A stretch of 64,000 nucleotides of DNA, taken from the human T2T-CHM13v2.0 reference genome, Homo sapiens. The notes below the pieces were generated by a model, which had not been told where the DNA came from, made no database searches, and was given only the letters and a program-made list of their open reading frames with translations. Shown in pieces: positions 15,206 through 29,920 of the stretch. Numbering within the stretch: the stretch's first letter is position 1; each line of letters opens with the position of its first letter. The stretch is taken from assembly GCF_009914755.1 (NCBI RefSeq), contig NC_060925.1; one strand, 5' to 3'. Both the position numbers and the translations under genes were made by a program.

Positions 15206-16181
15206 GGACTGGGAGTGTAAGGGGAGGGGGTGTTGCCAGTGTGCGGGGAGGGGGAAGGGGGCAGGGGCAGGAGCCCGGGCTGGGTGGCAGGTGCCCCCGT
15301 TCAAGCTGCAGGAGAGTAGCTGGAGAGACCGCGGCCTCCTCCCCAGCCCACTTCTTCCCTGCGGCCCGTTGAGGAGACCTAGCGGTGCCCCCTGCTGTCC
15401 GTCCAGGAGGCTGCCGCCTGCCTCCAGCCCCATCTCCACCCAAGCCAGGCCCACGCCCTCCGCACACAGCCGCACCCCCGCCAGGCTCCCTCCCAGGCCC
15501 CCAGTCAACGCTCACACCCTGGAAAGGAGGAGGTGGGCAACCGGTGGGAGGCCGGAGGCAGAAGGAGGCTCCATTAACTCAGTAATGGAGCAGAACATCA
15601 GCACTGTGGCATCTGCTAGCCGGCAGCACCGGGGAGGGGGTCCTGTCTCCATCTCTCAGGCCCAGCTGAAATGGGTGACAGCAGCCAGTGCAAGAACATA
15701 GCAGAGAATGCCAGAAAGGCTGTGTATGTGTATGTGTGTGCACGTGAACGCCATGTGTATGAACACCATGTATGAATGTATAAACATGCATGAACCAGCA
15801 CTGTGAACACATATGCAAACATTGTGTGCAGGTGCATTACACTGCCATATGTAGAAATGTGAGAAGCTCCAGGGAAGGGAACGCTGGGGGTCTCGGGCCA
15901 CACCACTTGTCCAGGAAGCTGGGGTGATAGCTACAGGCCCTGTACGTGGGTAATGGGAGGGGGTGGACTACGATGCGGGTCACCTTACAGCCTCGGGGTT
16001 GGAAGAGACCACAGGGTCACCAGCCCCCACCCTCCCTCTGCAGTGGCATCTCTTGCCAGACCCTCTGTCTCCAAAGGTGGCAAGAGGGCTGGGACCTGAA
16101 AGAGGCATCAAGAGACCTGGTTTCTCTTCACTTCTTTCCATCCTTTGGAAAGTGGCTTTGCATCTCCCAAGACAGCCTCTC

Positions 16182-16188
<7 letters not shown>

Positions 16189-16212
<24 letters not shown>

Positions 16213-16453
16213 GAGACAGGGTCTCACTCTGTCACCCAGGCTGGAGAGCAGTGGCACAATCACAGCTCACTGCAGCCTCGACCCCCACGAGTAGCTGGGA
16301 CTACAGGCGTACCACCATGCCCGGCTCTTTTTTGTAGAGAAGGGGTCTCACTATGTTGCCCAGGATGGTCTCAAACTCCTGGGCTCAAGCAATTCACCTG
16401 CCTCAGCCTCCCAAAGTCCTGAGATTACAGGCCTGAGCCACCGCATGCAGCCT
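16189..16453 (-). mobile_element. AluJ with internal deletion
   Basis: Long poly(T); TSD agacagcctctcagctttt (16170-16188) / agatagcctctcagctttt (16454-16472). Confidence 0.9.
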
Positions 16454-16534
16454 AGATAGCCTCTCAGCTTTTAGAACCCAGCCTTCCGAGATGCTTGGAG
16501 AGTTCTACCTCTGAAGGCAAGCGGCAGAAAGGGT

Positions 16535-16745
16535 GGTGGGGTCATGAGAGAACGTGGGCTTTAGAACAGCCAGGGCTGCTTTCCAACCTGACACTTAGCA
16601 GCTCTGCAGCCCTGGGAGATGAGTTCATTTCCCTGGGATCATTTCTTAGCTACAAACCGAGGATCAGGTGCCTGTCTCACAGGGATGTTATGAGGATTGA
16701 AGAGGCCACATGTGCTGGCACAAAGTGGACCCTAAATACTCATTT
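16535..16745 (+). mobile_element. MIR
   Basis: gagaacgtgggctttagaacag...cacttagcagctctgcagccctggg...acagggatgttatgaggatt. Confidence 0.65.
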
Positions 16746-18619
16746 CCTTTCCTCAGTTCTCCTCTCAGCGGGGCTAGGCTGAGTCCATGCTGACCACGAA
16801 CTCAAGGACAGACCTTGTGTTACCCACAACGAGGGGTGCAGTGCTCGCCAAGTCAGGGACTCTGAGCCAGTCCAGGCTCTGTCCAGGAGGGCAAGGGTTG
16901 CTGCAGAGGTTGTGCGGCTGGGGAGCCTAAGGCCCAGAATTCTCTTCCCTAGCTCTGTGTGTTCCTCTTGCAGAGACTGCGTCACTTCTTCCTGGTGTCA
17001 AAGGTACTTGTATAAGCAGCTCAGCTCCCAGGGGACCACTAGGGCTGTGAGGTGGGAACGTGCCTTGTTTACGACTGCATTTCCTGCCAGCTCCCAGAGG
17101 AGCAGCCTGATTGCTGAGCCTGATAGCAGGAAATGGAGGAGGTGGGGGATCTCACCAGGAACTGCCCCCCAACTCTGGCAACCTCCGTCCCATCAAGCTC
17201 CCTGCTAAAGGAGAGAAGAGAAACCCCAAAGCCAAAAGAGGCACCCTGTCTAGGTCAGACCGTGACACCCAGGGCCTGAGTGGTCATGGGTGGGGTGTGG
17301 ACGGGCAGGCGCACTGCCTTGCAGTGCTCCACTATAGGTAGGCAGGCCCATGGCTCCCCATGGGGAAAGGAGATCCAGTGCAGCTCAGGTTCTCTGGAGA
17401 GTAATGCGCAAAGGAAGGGCATGAAGACCACTTCCCTGGTTAATGAGGGTTTGACCAGGAGTTGTCTGCCTTACCCAAACTTGAAAATAACCCCTAGCAT
17501 GTTTAATTGCTTAAAAATCCACTCTTTCATCTGATCTTCACTTTCGTTTCCTCCAAATCCTATGTCAGGCTCCATGCTAAGTGCTGGGAATACAAGATGA
17601 ATAAAACCCAACCCCATCCTGAAGCAGCTCACAGGGAGACGACAGAGCTCAGGCCTTTGGGAGGTGCAGCAGATGTGGTTCTGCCCCTTGACAGAGGAGA
17701 CAACTAAGGCTCTGAGATCAGCTTGCCCAGGGCCTCCCAGTGCACTTGAACCCTGACTTCCCAGCACCCAGCCCAGGGCTCTTTCCTTCCCAACAAAGAG
17801 CCCCAGGGAGCTCCTCAAGCACACTGGGAAGGTGGGTCTAACGGGAAGATCACAAAGGCACCGGGCTCAGAGGTGGGTGCCGGGGGCAGGGAGGGAGACC
17901 TCCACTGTGCCCACTCCGTGCCAGCGGCATATTTCATTTCATCCGGGCCTTGTGAGGTGGGGACTGTGATTCCCATTTTGTAATTGAGGAAACTGGGCCT
18001 CAGGGGGAGCGAAACAGGTCACTCGCTCAAGCACCCTTCCCCAGAGGATGGAAAGAGCTGTACTCCCAGGTAGCAGAGCAGCTCGCTTTGGGCCACACCA
18101 GGACCTGGGAGAGGTCATGAGATGTCTGGGGAGCCCAGCCTGCTCTCAGTGGGAGCTGGGAGCCAGCATCCCAGGCAGGGAGCCAGCCAAAGAAGGTGCA
18201 GTCTGGTCCTCCCGTTTCCAAGAGCGCCTCCATCCTTCCAGGTGCTGGCCAGGCCCCAGGGACAGAGACGTGCCCATCACTCTTCAGACAGAGATGCCCA
18301 TTATCACCAACACCTATGACAGCTCATGGTCTCCAGAAACTAAAGTGGAGCATGCAAGTCCCGGGGGCACAATTAGGTGCTCCAAAGAAGCCAGCTCTCT
18401 CCTGCCTGACCGGGGGCCGGGACAGACATGGGAGATAGGGGCCAGGAGGGATGAACCATGGCCTCAAAACACCCATGGGCTGGAGGAGGGGAGCAGTGAG
18501 GGGGAGAATTCCAAATTGGAAAGCCTCAACTTGGAATTCTATGTGGATCCAAACCTAGAAGACAGCTCCGCTGAGGAAGAGGAGCCAAGTGAAACACCAG
18601 GTGCTGCCAAGTGGGGTGA

Positions 18620-18800
18620 ATGAGCACCTGGGCTCTGGGCAGACTGACCTGGACTGGAGTCTCGGCTCTTTTAGCCATGGGAACTTGAACAGGTTGCTTA
18701 ACCTCTCTGGGCCTCAGCACTCCGTCTGCAAAATGGGAATGATAATGGAAGCTGCTGCGCAGGGCTGCGAGGCTTAGGAGCACTGTATGTAAAGCATGGT
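18620..18800 (+). mobile_element. MIR
   Basis: gcttaacctctctgggcctcag...ctgcaaaatgggaatgataat. Confidence 0.75.
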
Positions 18801-19220
18801 ATTATGGCCATGGCCGGTTCCTGAGCCAGGCTGGGCACGGGCCTGTCAGAAGCACACAGGGATGGCTCCAGTGGAGAGGTGGGGCAGCCTCTCTGCTAAC
18901 TCCCTATTAAGGACCAGGTTAAGCCAATACCCTTTTTTTAAATTATTATTTTCTGAGATAATTCAGGCCTCTCTTAATAAATGGTCCTCCTTCTACCCAT
19001 GCCTTTAGCTCCAGCCCAGATGGCCTTCTTGATGCCCACCTCTGGGCCAAGGCCTCTCTTGAGCCATTGCACTATCCCTGGCTTCTTTCCTGCCCCTGTG
19101 TCCAGATACTGCCAAGGCTTTCCCCCTCCTCCAGCCCACCTTCCCCAATACTCAGGCCTCTCAGCAGCCATGGCTTCTCCAACAGTGGCTGCTAAGTCTC
19201 TATTTTGGTTGCTCAAGCTT

Positions 19221-19264
19221 TCAAGTTCTCATTTGTGGGTATCAAGTTCTCATTTGTGGGTATC
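19221..19264. repeat. Perfect 21-bp tandem duplication
   Basis: tcaagttctcatttgtgggta occurs twice in direct succession. Confidence 0.95.
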
Positions 19265-19409
19265 TGACCACATCCTCCTCTCAGAAGTCAGCAGAGTCTA
19301 GCTGTTCTTCCTCTAGCTGCCACTCCCATCCTATAGATGACAACACTGGGATGTGAAGAGGTGAGGTTGCCCAGACTCCCCAAGGGTGTCCCAGCCAAAA
19401 CCTATCCCT

Positions 19410-19590
19410 AGTGTGGTGGCTCACACCTGTAATCCCGGCACTTTGGGAGGTTGAGGCCAGCCTGGGCAGCACAGTGAAACCCCATCTCTACAAAAAATTT
19501 TAAAATTAGCCAGGCATGGTAGTGCATGCCTGTCGTCCCAGCTACTCAGGAGGCTGAGGTGGGAGAATCACTGGAGCCCAGGAGTTTGAC
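19410..19590 (+). mobile_element. Alu (J-like), internally deleted and 3'-truncated
   Basis: gtggctcacacctgtaatcccggcactttgggaggttgagg jumps to ccagcctggg; ends at ggagtttga with no tail. Confidence 0.85.
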
Positions 19591-19653
19591 ATTAGGTAAG
19601 ACCTAGCCATGCCAGCGGACCAGCCAAGCGGCCATACCCAGCAGGCAGCTGGT

Positions 19654-19667
19654 GGGGGGGGGGGGGG
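19654..19667. repeat. G14 homopolymer
   Basis: ggt-G14-tgg. Confidence 0.9.
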
Positions 19668-22554
19668 TGGTACGGCAGGTGTGTTGCTCAGAAGTGACTC
19701 TGGAAGTCACTAGCACAAAAGGATAATCCACTGGGGAGAGTGTGGGCATAAGAAGAAATCCAGAGATGGGCTTCTAGAAATATCAGCATTTGGAGGATTT
19801 GTAGAGAAAGAAGAAAGCCAGGGAGATTGAGAAATGACCAGGAATGGGAGGAAAGCTCCGAAGAACAGAAAATGACTCCATGGCAATAGAGCAGTTACAC
19901 TGGAGGGGCAGGCAGGGGCTGGGAGGGGACAGGGATCCTTCTGGGGAATTTCTTTGGTGATTACACTGGTGCATATATCCATAAGTTGTGCACTTTGCTG
20001 AATCTAAGTTATAACTACATCAAAAAGAAAAACGAATGTGCAGAGCAGAAAGAGCTGGGGGCTGACCCCTGGCTCCCACACACTCTGGCTTGACCAGGTG
20101 CTGGAGGACACATGGGGAGAGGGAACACAGACCCCAATAGAGCGCCGTGCATCCCATCGCCAACCGGCTTTCCCATGATGCACAGGCGCTTCTGCTGAGA
20201 ACCACAGGGCAAAGGCACCTAGAACCAGGGAGCCACTGAGGAAAGGCTTCCTGGAAGAGCAGCAGGGAGCCAAGGTTTAGGAGGAGATGGGGTGGGCTTG
20301 GAAGAGGCTGGCCACTTTCCAGGCAAGAGACGTCCACCTGGGTGGGTGTCTGACAAACCACAGACCATGATGGGACCCCTCACAGCCACCACCCTGGAAA
20401 GTGCAGTGATGACAGCTGACTTGGGAAGGTGATGACACAGCCGAACACACCCCTGGCTCCAGAGACGCCATCATCTGGGACCCTCTCCTCAGAGCCTGAC
20501 CTAGGGCAGGAGAGCCTCCCTGGTCCAGGACACCAGAGGCCTCAAGGTTTTCCCTCACAGGAGCGGAAGCATCTTTCCACACCCCGGGCCCCAGGAAACA
20601 TTTGAGAATGGGCCGTTGCCCTGCCTAGCAGTACACAGGGCTCTGGCCTCCCTGCTCTGGGCCAGAGGAGAGGTGGAATGGAAGTGGGCAGAGGACTGTC
20701 CCCTTCATATGACCACTGGTGACAAACACTGTGTCCTGCAGAACACAGCCCAGGATGAAGCACCTCCACCCACACACACGGCATTCGGCAGCTGCAGGGC
20801 CCAGCCCTGCACCATTTCTGAAGGTCCACACATAGCACATATCACAGCCGAGGAAACTGACAGCCAGAGAGAGGAAGGGACTTGTCCAAAGTGGCAGAGT
20901 AAGGAGCCTGCCTCCCAATCCAGTGCTCTTCCAAGCTGGCAAAATCCTGAGCCTCGGAGAGGCTTAATGAGCTGCCTGCCTACCAAAGCCAGCATGGGTG
21001 AGCATCTGTGGCTCTCTGGAACCGCAGGGAGTTCCAGTTCACCCTACAGATGACCCCTGCTTGGAGCTGTGACTATAAATGGAATACCTGGGGTGGCTCC
21101 TATCAGACCCTGACTCCCTGGAGCTGGCAACAGAGAACCGGCATGTAATGGTCCCCGTAAACACAGCTAGCCTGCATCAGGGTTTCTAATGTTCTGCTGC
21201 AGGTTCACTTTGCACTTGAGAAACAGGAACGACTTAAGTTTTTTTCTAGCAGCTTCTTGGCTCTTCCCAGCGGCCCCTCCCCCAAGCAAAGTCCCCTGAG
21301 AGGAAAAAAATCACACCACATCTTTGTGGATCAGCGGTGCCTCTGCCCCCACCCAAGACACCAGGCATGGTTCCTCATGAAGAGTGACTTGCGGCTCCTT
21401 CACAGCACCGAGGGCTGGAGCCAGAAGATGGATGAACCCACTGCGGGGGTCTCCTCTCTTCATGTGGGAGAATAGATTTAGGCTCAAAATGAAGGAGGGT
21501 TTTTGCACAGTCAGCACCACCCATTGATGAGTTCATGGTCCCAGGAGGTAATGAGGGCTCCATCATTGGGAGCATTCAAGCTGAGGTTAGCCCACTATTG
21601 GGAGGGGTGTTATAGACAGGACTCAGGTAAGGGGACACAGCGCTGACCTAGATGAAATTTGAGGTCTCCCTTCCAACCCTGAGAGCCTCTAAATCTCTGA
21701 CATCTCCATCCCAGCCCTTGCTGCTGATTGGCCTCATTCGCCAGGCCCTGCTGGTTCGCCAGGCAGTTTGTCCTCAAGGAGAAGTAGCTGCCAATTATGT
21801 GAGGACCACAAGAGCTTCCTTTATGACACTGCCACTCTGCAGGAAGGGGCTGAGGTGGGGTAAGAGGGGAGAAACAAGACAGAAGGTGGCACCAGAGAAG
21901 GAGCCAGCTCCCCAGGGCCTGGAATCTGCAGTGTTGCCACCACTAGATAATTTGTGGGGCACATTGCTGTGGGGGTCTCAGGAAGCCAAGTCTGGGCCCA
22001 GAAGGGAAATAGCCCAGTTCTGGCCTCCTGACTGGGGTGGGGGACTGTCAAGGGAAAAATAAGCCCAACCTAGCTCTCTGAGGCTCATTAGAGAAAAAGG
22101 TAAATGTTGAAGACGTGTCATGGCAGGCAGCTCATTAAGCCCACGGAGCTTAAAAATAGTGAGACACGCAGATATTGGGGGATGGGGAGCTGGGGATGAG
22201 ACTCCGGCTCATCACACTACAGGCAAGAACAGCAAACCTGGGAGAAACTGACTCTATAACCAGTGGAAGAAAGGCTGCGTAGCCATCGCCGGATCTCTAG
22301 GTAAGCTTGGCGCACAGGCCTGCTGGAAATGTCAGACCCTGTTCTGTCGATGAGAAGACTAAGCCCAGAGGAGGGTGTTCCCAGGCATTACCCAACAGGC
22401 TCGACTCTTCTCCAAGCAGGGGAAAAGAGAAGACACAGAGACACAGACCTGCCCCGGAGGAATCCAGAGCCCACCTGCCCAGAGAGGCTCCTCCTGATTT
22501 CCCTGGCTCTGGGCACCCCCTTAAAAGCCCTTTATGCCATCTTTCCTTTCAGTC

Positions 22555-22760
22555 AAATGATGCAGGATTTGGGACCAGACAGCCTTTGCTCAAATCCTTC
22601 CACTGTTACCTACCAGCTTGGTGGCCTTGGAGAAGTTATTTCCCTGTTCTGGATGTGCTTCCTCTTCTATAAACTAGAGACGCTACAAATTCCCACCACA
22701 GAGGGGTAAATGCACCATCCTGTATGTTATGTGTTTGGCACAGGACCTGGGATGCAGGAG
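22555..22760 (+). mobile_element. MIR
   Basis: gggaccagacagcc...caaatcct...gtggccttggagaagttatt...tggcacaggacctggg. Confidence 0.6.
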
Positions 22761-23779
22761 GCACTCTGACCGGTGGCATCCAGGAAGTAAGGAATATGGA
22801 CTAAAGGGAGGGCCAAGGAAAAGTTTACAGGATGTGGCTGTGCAGTTGGAAGATGCAGACGCGCCTCGCTTGGTGCTGCCAGGTTAGATTTGCAGAATGC
22901 AGTGAATGCTCTTGCTGACAAAGGATGGGGAAAAGTGAACTGGGGAATCATGACCTAGGGGAAGCCACTAGCTCAAATACTGATCCCTATTTAAGTCACC
23001 AAAATATGCTGGGCACCCACTGGGTGCCCAGCTCTTTCCCATAAGTGATCCCAAACCAGGAGCTAGGCCAAGCCTCCAAAGACGGCTGGGTAGTTCATTG
23101 GAATGAGGGCTGCAGTGACTCCAGAGGAGCAGGACTCAAGAGAAGGAGAGCCAGGGAAGACTGAGGGGATGTGTAGGTGAGGTGGCTTTTTTCTGGCTGA
23201 GAGAATAGAAGGTCTCCAGCCCACACCAAGGGCTCCATAATGGAAGGGAGGCCTAGGGTGGGTCCTCCCCTCTCCCCATCTTCATCCCACTCAGCCCCTA
23301 CCTGGCCTTTAACACACTGGGTGGGAGAAGTGTTGCTGAGCACAGCAGTGACCTGAGGCCCTGGGCACCCATCCCAGCTTAGCTCCCTAGGGGGCTCCAG
23401 TTGCTGAGGAAGAACATAGAACTTATATAGGATGGGAGAGCTGGAAGGAAACTTAGGATCAATTGTTACAGCCTCTAACTGAATGGTGAGAGGCCAGTGA
23501 GAGAGCCAGAGCTAGAATCCAGGGCCCTTTCCATGATATTGCACCTCCCATCTCAGCCCTGTCTCTTATGAAATGCCATATTGAAGCTTTATGTATTGGG
23601 GAAATTTAACTGAGGCTCAAAGGGACACAAATTCCCTAAAGCCACATGGTGAGTCAGACAGCGAAATGCAAGGTTTCTGGTCCTTTCCCAGCATCCAACA
23701 AACATTTCTTGGGCACCTACTACAGTCAGGCTGGGAGCACTTTCAGACATTCTCTCACTTAAATCTCACATGTGGGAGC

Positions 23780-24855
<1,076 letters not shown>

Positions 24856-26499
24856 AAATATATATTTATAAACTTCTATAAATAAGATAGTAAATCATAT
24901 CCATTCCAATTTAATGATAAGGCTCAGAGCGAGTCAGCAACTTGCCCAAAGTCCCATGGCTAGGAGGCCGCAGAACCTGATTTTGGACTTTGTGTTGTCG
25001 AACTCCTGAAGCTCCTAAGACCTGATCCAGCCCACACTCATGGAAAGCAGGTCTGCCCTTATGTATCTTGGGGAAAGCCTCCATTCCCTGTCCCAATGAG
25101 GCCACTCAGGAAGTTCTCCCCGCTCTCTAATCCAAACCCATAGAACTTACAAGGGATGATGTTGAGGGGGATTTGATGTCAGGAGCAGGGTCACGGGAGA
25201 CAGGCACCAGAAGGGAAACCTACATTTCTAGCCAATGCTGGATATCTTCTTTAGGGAAGCCTGGGGAATGGGGCAGAAGAAACATAGTGGACTTCAAGAC
25301 ATGAGCTCACAGTTGATTTTGGGGGTGACCTTGGCCAAGAAACCTCATCTCTGGGGCTCTTGGTAAAATGATATTCAGGAAGAAGCTCTGAGGACAGCTC
25401 CAGAAGCAGACATTTCTAAGGCCATTTCTAAAGTGGCCCTCCCTCTCCTTACGTACAACTCACCCCAGATGACCAGGTGGGAAGTCTGTAGGACAGTGGG
25501 CATCACTTGGTTGCTTGCTTGGGTATACACAGCCTGGTCACCCCCATGGTTCTTGGCAGAAGATATTGGGGGCCAAACCATGAGGCCCTAACCTAACCAT
25601 CAATGCAATACTATGAGCAGATCAGGTTGGCTCTCCCTCCCAGCCAGGAAGGAGGCAAGAGGAGGAAGCGACAAGGGCACTAACAACCAGGGTCCTTGTC
25701 TTACCTGGCAGGAAAGATGCTGAATGTGATATTGACTCAATGTGCTGCTTCTGATCAGCCCCCTGCCTGCCTCCCTGCACTGTGGATAGTCTGGCTGCAA
25801 GTGGTAGGGGGAAGGAGCTCCCAGTTTTGACAACCCAGGGAAGGCATCACCTCAGTCTGTCTGGGGCTCATGGCCAGGGTGTCCCAGCTTGAAGGAGAGG
25901 TTCTCCTGCCCCCTTCTCTGCTTGTACAACTACAGACTGCATTCAGAAACACTCCTTCTCTCTTGCTAAGGAGCATTAGGAGATACAAAACCACCATCCT
26001 TTTTCCAGGTGAAATAAGGAACAGAAAATGAGGAGGGCCAGATTCAGCCCAGAGCCACCCAGAGTCCAAGTGGCCTCACTGGGAGAGCAGTCCACTGGGT
26101 TTGGTGCCCTTGGTAGAAAGCCCAACATGCCAGGACCTCAGCCAGAAAGCCAGCATGTGCTCCAGAGCAGGGAGAGGGAGAGGCCAACCTGTGCATCCGC
26201 TAGGCTCACTGGCTATTTCAAATCATCATCTGCCTCATTTGATCCCAGGACATCTTGGGAGAAGTGAGAAAGACAGGCATCCCTCTCCACATTTTTTAAT
26301 GGGGACCACTGAGGTCCAAGAGATAGGGAAAAACCGCTTGCCTGGGGCCATGTGCAGTAACTTAATAGTGGGTTCACTGGATTCTAGGTTCTTCTCATCA
26401 AAGCCAATCATATCCCTGCCTCGCCCCACTCCCAGCTCTGCTGCTATGTTTCTTTATCTACAAAACGTCAGTTTTCAGAAACACCATAATAACACTCTT

Positions 26500-26765
26500 T
26501 ATATTACTTTATAGCAAAATCTTTACAGCACCGTTGTGTCAGGCACTGCCTATTCTTAGAGCTATATGTAAATAGTCATACATTAAATCCTCATGCCAAC
26601 CTGATGGCAAGCTATTTCATTTCCATTTTACAGATGAGGAAACTGAGGTAACAAGTGTTTAAGTAACTTAGCCAAAGTCCCACAGATAAAAAACTGGAGG
26701 AGCTGGCATTTGAATACAGGCAACCTAGCCCTAGCATCTGAGGTTTAACCACTGCACCACAGTGC
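26500..26765 (-). mobile_element. MIR
   Basis: ccattttacagatgaggaaactgagg...taacttagccaaagtcccacag...ggcatttgaatacaggc. Confidence 0.85.
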
Positions 26766-26824
26766 CAAGCACATGCAAGTACAAGGCTCCTCATATCCCA
26801 AGTCTCACTAAAACATGGACTAGG

Positions 26825-27180
26825 GGCTGGGCATGATGGTTCACGCCTGTAATCCCAGCACTTTTTGGAGGCTGAGGTAGGAGGATTGCTTGAGCCCCAG
26901 GAGTTCGAGCCCAGCCTGGGCAACATGGTGAAACCCTGCCTCTACCAAAACAACAACAACAACAAAGAAAAACCTCCCAAAACAAAAATTATCCAGGCAT
27001 GGTGGTGCACACCTGTAGTCCCAGCTATGTGGGATGCTGAGGTGGGAGGATCACCTGAGCCTCGGGAAGGTTGAGGCTGCAGTGAGCCGTGATCACACCA
27101 CTGCACTCCAGCCTGGGCGACAGAGTGAGACCCTGTCTCAAAAAACCTGAAAACCAAAACCGAAAACCAAAACCAAAAAC
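26825..27180 (+). mobile_element. AluJ with (CAA)n-expanded linker and (AAAACC)n tail
   Basis: Full dimer; flanking repeat catggactagggg on both sides. Confidence 0.9.
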
Positions 27181-29749
27181 CATGGACTAGGGGCACACGA
27201 GTCGGCTCAGGACAAAGTACGCATGCAAGAAGTCCACATAAGTCCAGAAGCTGGGCTGTGCTCTCACCCAGGCGCCATGTGCTGGGGGTGGGGATGGGGG
27301 ACAGGCTGCAATCTGTCTCTGAGCAGCCGGCTGCCCTCAAGTCCCAGCCCAGCCGAGCAGTGGGGAGCAGGTTGAAGGCAGGCTTGGAGCTGGCAGGCTC
27401 CGTCTGCCCCACTGTGAGCAGCAGCTTTGAGAGACTCTCCTGCCGGCTGCTCATAGGTGCTGCAGTATCTCTCCTGGCTGCAGGGCTGGCTGGGCTGAGG
27501 CCAGGCCAAGGGCCTTCCTTCCCCCTTTCACCCTCTGCCCCTCCCTCAGTGCCCGGGGCCAAACTAAGGCCTTTGGAAGCTACTCTGGCTTTCTGGTCTC
27601 CAAGGACTGCCGGCCCTGATGATCAATTTGGTGGCTGCGGGACCAGGTTTAGTCTTGGGTGGCAGCGCTGACCTCCAGGAATGTCACTGTGGCCCCTTCA
27701 GGGGCAGGTAACAAACCTAGCTCATTCCCAAGAGAATAAGGGAGTCCGGTGGATCAACTCCCAAGGTTTTCCACCTAGCAGATTTGCCAACAGCGGGCAA
27801 TTCCCCGGTAGGAAGTCCTTCCTTGTACCTCACATGAGCCCTTCCTGCTGCAGTACAGCCACATTACCTTCTACTAGAAACCCTTCTGCTTCCAAATGCA
27901 CCCTTTGTTAAATTGCTAAGATGCGATTCCATGAGTAACACAGCAATCACAAAAGCCACTGAAGCAGACGGCAGCTGCTACAGGGTTCAAGAATTCCATT
28001 CCAGCTGGGGAAAGGCTGTGGGCTTTGCCCCTCCTCCCCCCCAGCCCCTCCCCAGTCTCAGGACACAGAGAAAAAAGGAGCAGCATGTGGTGAAGAAAAA
28101 TGGAAAGATAACAAAACAAAGGAAGAAAAAAAAATATTCACAGCCTCTCTTGACCTGCCAAGGACTTTTTCCACATCTTTCCCTAGGCTTGGGGGCCCAG
28201 ATAAGGAACTGAGCCTTTCTTGCAGCTTCTGCAGGCTCTGCCTGAGAGACCCGCTCAATGGGCCATCTGCTCGGAGGCCTTTCTGCAAAAGCTTCAAAAG
28301 TTCCATTTCTCCAGGGAGCTGGAAGCTGGGGAGGTGTCAGCTCCAAACAATAAGGGAAATTTATTAGGGATCAGGGCTTCCAGGAGGATGGTGCCTGCAA
28401 ATGCAGCCGGATGCACTCCAAGATACAAAGGGTTATTTAATGCGGAAAATCCAAAGGCTCCTTCAGAAGTCAAGTGCTCACACCCGAGGCCCTACACGCT
28501 GCAACCTTCCTTTTCAGAAACACTCCCCATCACCCTACCCTGTTCGCCCCTACCCCGCCCCATCCCAAGTCAGACTTATTCCCCGTCCTTTGCCCCTGGG
28601 CAAATATTGACTTTCTTTCACTCAGCCTTGTCAATGGAAGTGAGACCAGTGGGGCTGGCTATTGTCTCCCTCCTCTCTCCTCTCAGAGGGCAAAGCAAGC
28701 TGCCAGCCTCAACAGCTCTGAGCAGGGGCCAACTGTGACAAGCTGAGAAAGAAAAGCGTGGTCTTGGAAGTAATATTTCTGTCTTTTGGTCTGTTGTCTT
28801 TCTGTCCTCCCTCCCTTCCCCAAGCCCATCTGGGATTATTTTTTTCACGTTTGGCTATCCTGCTGCCCTGTCTGGCTCAAGAGCAGCAGCGTGGCATAGC
28901 TGGCATAACTGAGAGAGCTCAGGCCTGGGAATTCAAGTGTCTGATACCGGGTCACCTTATGCTAGTTCTTTAATTTTCTTGGGCTTCCGTGTTCTATTCT
29001 GCAAAATGGGAAGGTTGGACCCCATGATCTCAGTATCTAGATCAGGAAGTTCCTTCCTATCAGGACCCATGTCCTTTCTGCTGCAGTCAAGGCATTTTAC
29101 CTTGTGCTCTGATTTTAGAAAAGATGGAAAATAACTGCTTGGTGCTTAACAGGGAGGAAGGAAAGAGCGTTGGATTGAGGGTCTACAAGGGCTGGCAAGC
29201 TCCGTCGCTGGGCTTGGAGCTCCCCCTAAGCCTCAGTTTCCCCATAATCAAAACAGAGGGCTGGATGAGATGATCCCACAGCCCCTTTCAGTGCCTCGTC
29301 CTGCCGTGCCACTCATCTAACACATCTCTGTGGAAGGCGGTGTTCCCCGCTCCTTCAGCTTTTCTCCAAGGCTGCATCTCACAGCCTTTCCTCATGACTA
29401 ACCTTGAATGGAGGGATGCCATGCTGCTGGCTTGCGTTCCCTCATCATCAGGAGCCTTTTGTCAGCCACACTTCTCTCAGACTCATGCTGCTTGCTTGGC
29501 CTTTGGCCTTTGTGGCTGAGCTCTTCCTTTCTCCAGGCCCCATGACGAAGACTAGAGCATGCAAACTCCTGGAGCCTGAGGCCAGTGCGCAGCAAGAGGA
29601 GGACACAGGACGTTGGGGCATTTTGGGGGATCGTGTGCATGGTGACAACTGCAGGACTGTGAACTGTATCCCTGCTCCTCCTGTAATTTGAGCCCTCTCT
29701 GTGATAACATAGAACCTCAAAAACCCATCCCTTGTGCATTAGTCAATAA

Positions 29750-29920
29750 CACACTACAGACTTCCTATTCCAGGTTGGTAATATTCCCTTTTCACAGATG
29801 AGATAATTGAGGCTCAGAGAGGTTGGTAATTTGCCTGAATTCACACAGATATTAAGGAGCAAGCCAAGATGGGAACCTAGATATATCTACCTGCAAAGCC
29901 TTTGCTCTTAACCATCAGCG
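29750..29920 (-). mobile_element. MIR
   Basis: ttttcacagatgagataattgaggctcagagaggtt...tttgctcttaacca. Confidence 0.8.

Noticed and set aside
14060-15515. 482-aa and other His/Thr- or Val/Cys-rich ORFs
   Set aside because: Translations of the TG/CA low-complexity array.
18048-18623. 191-aa ORF with an acidic C-terminus
   Set aside because: No recognisable homology and no supporting splice or promoter context; this length is plausible by chance in GC-rich DNA.
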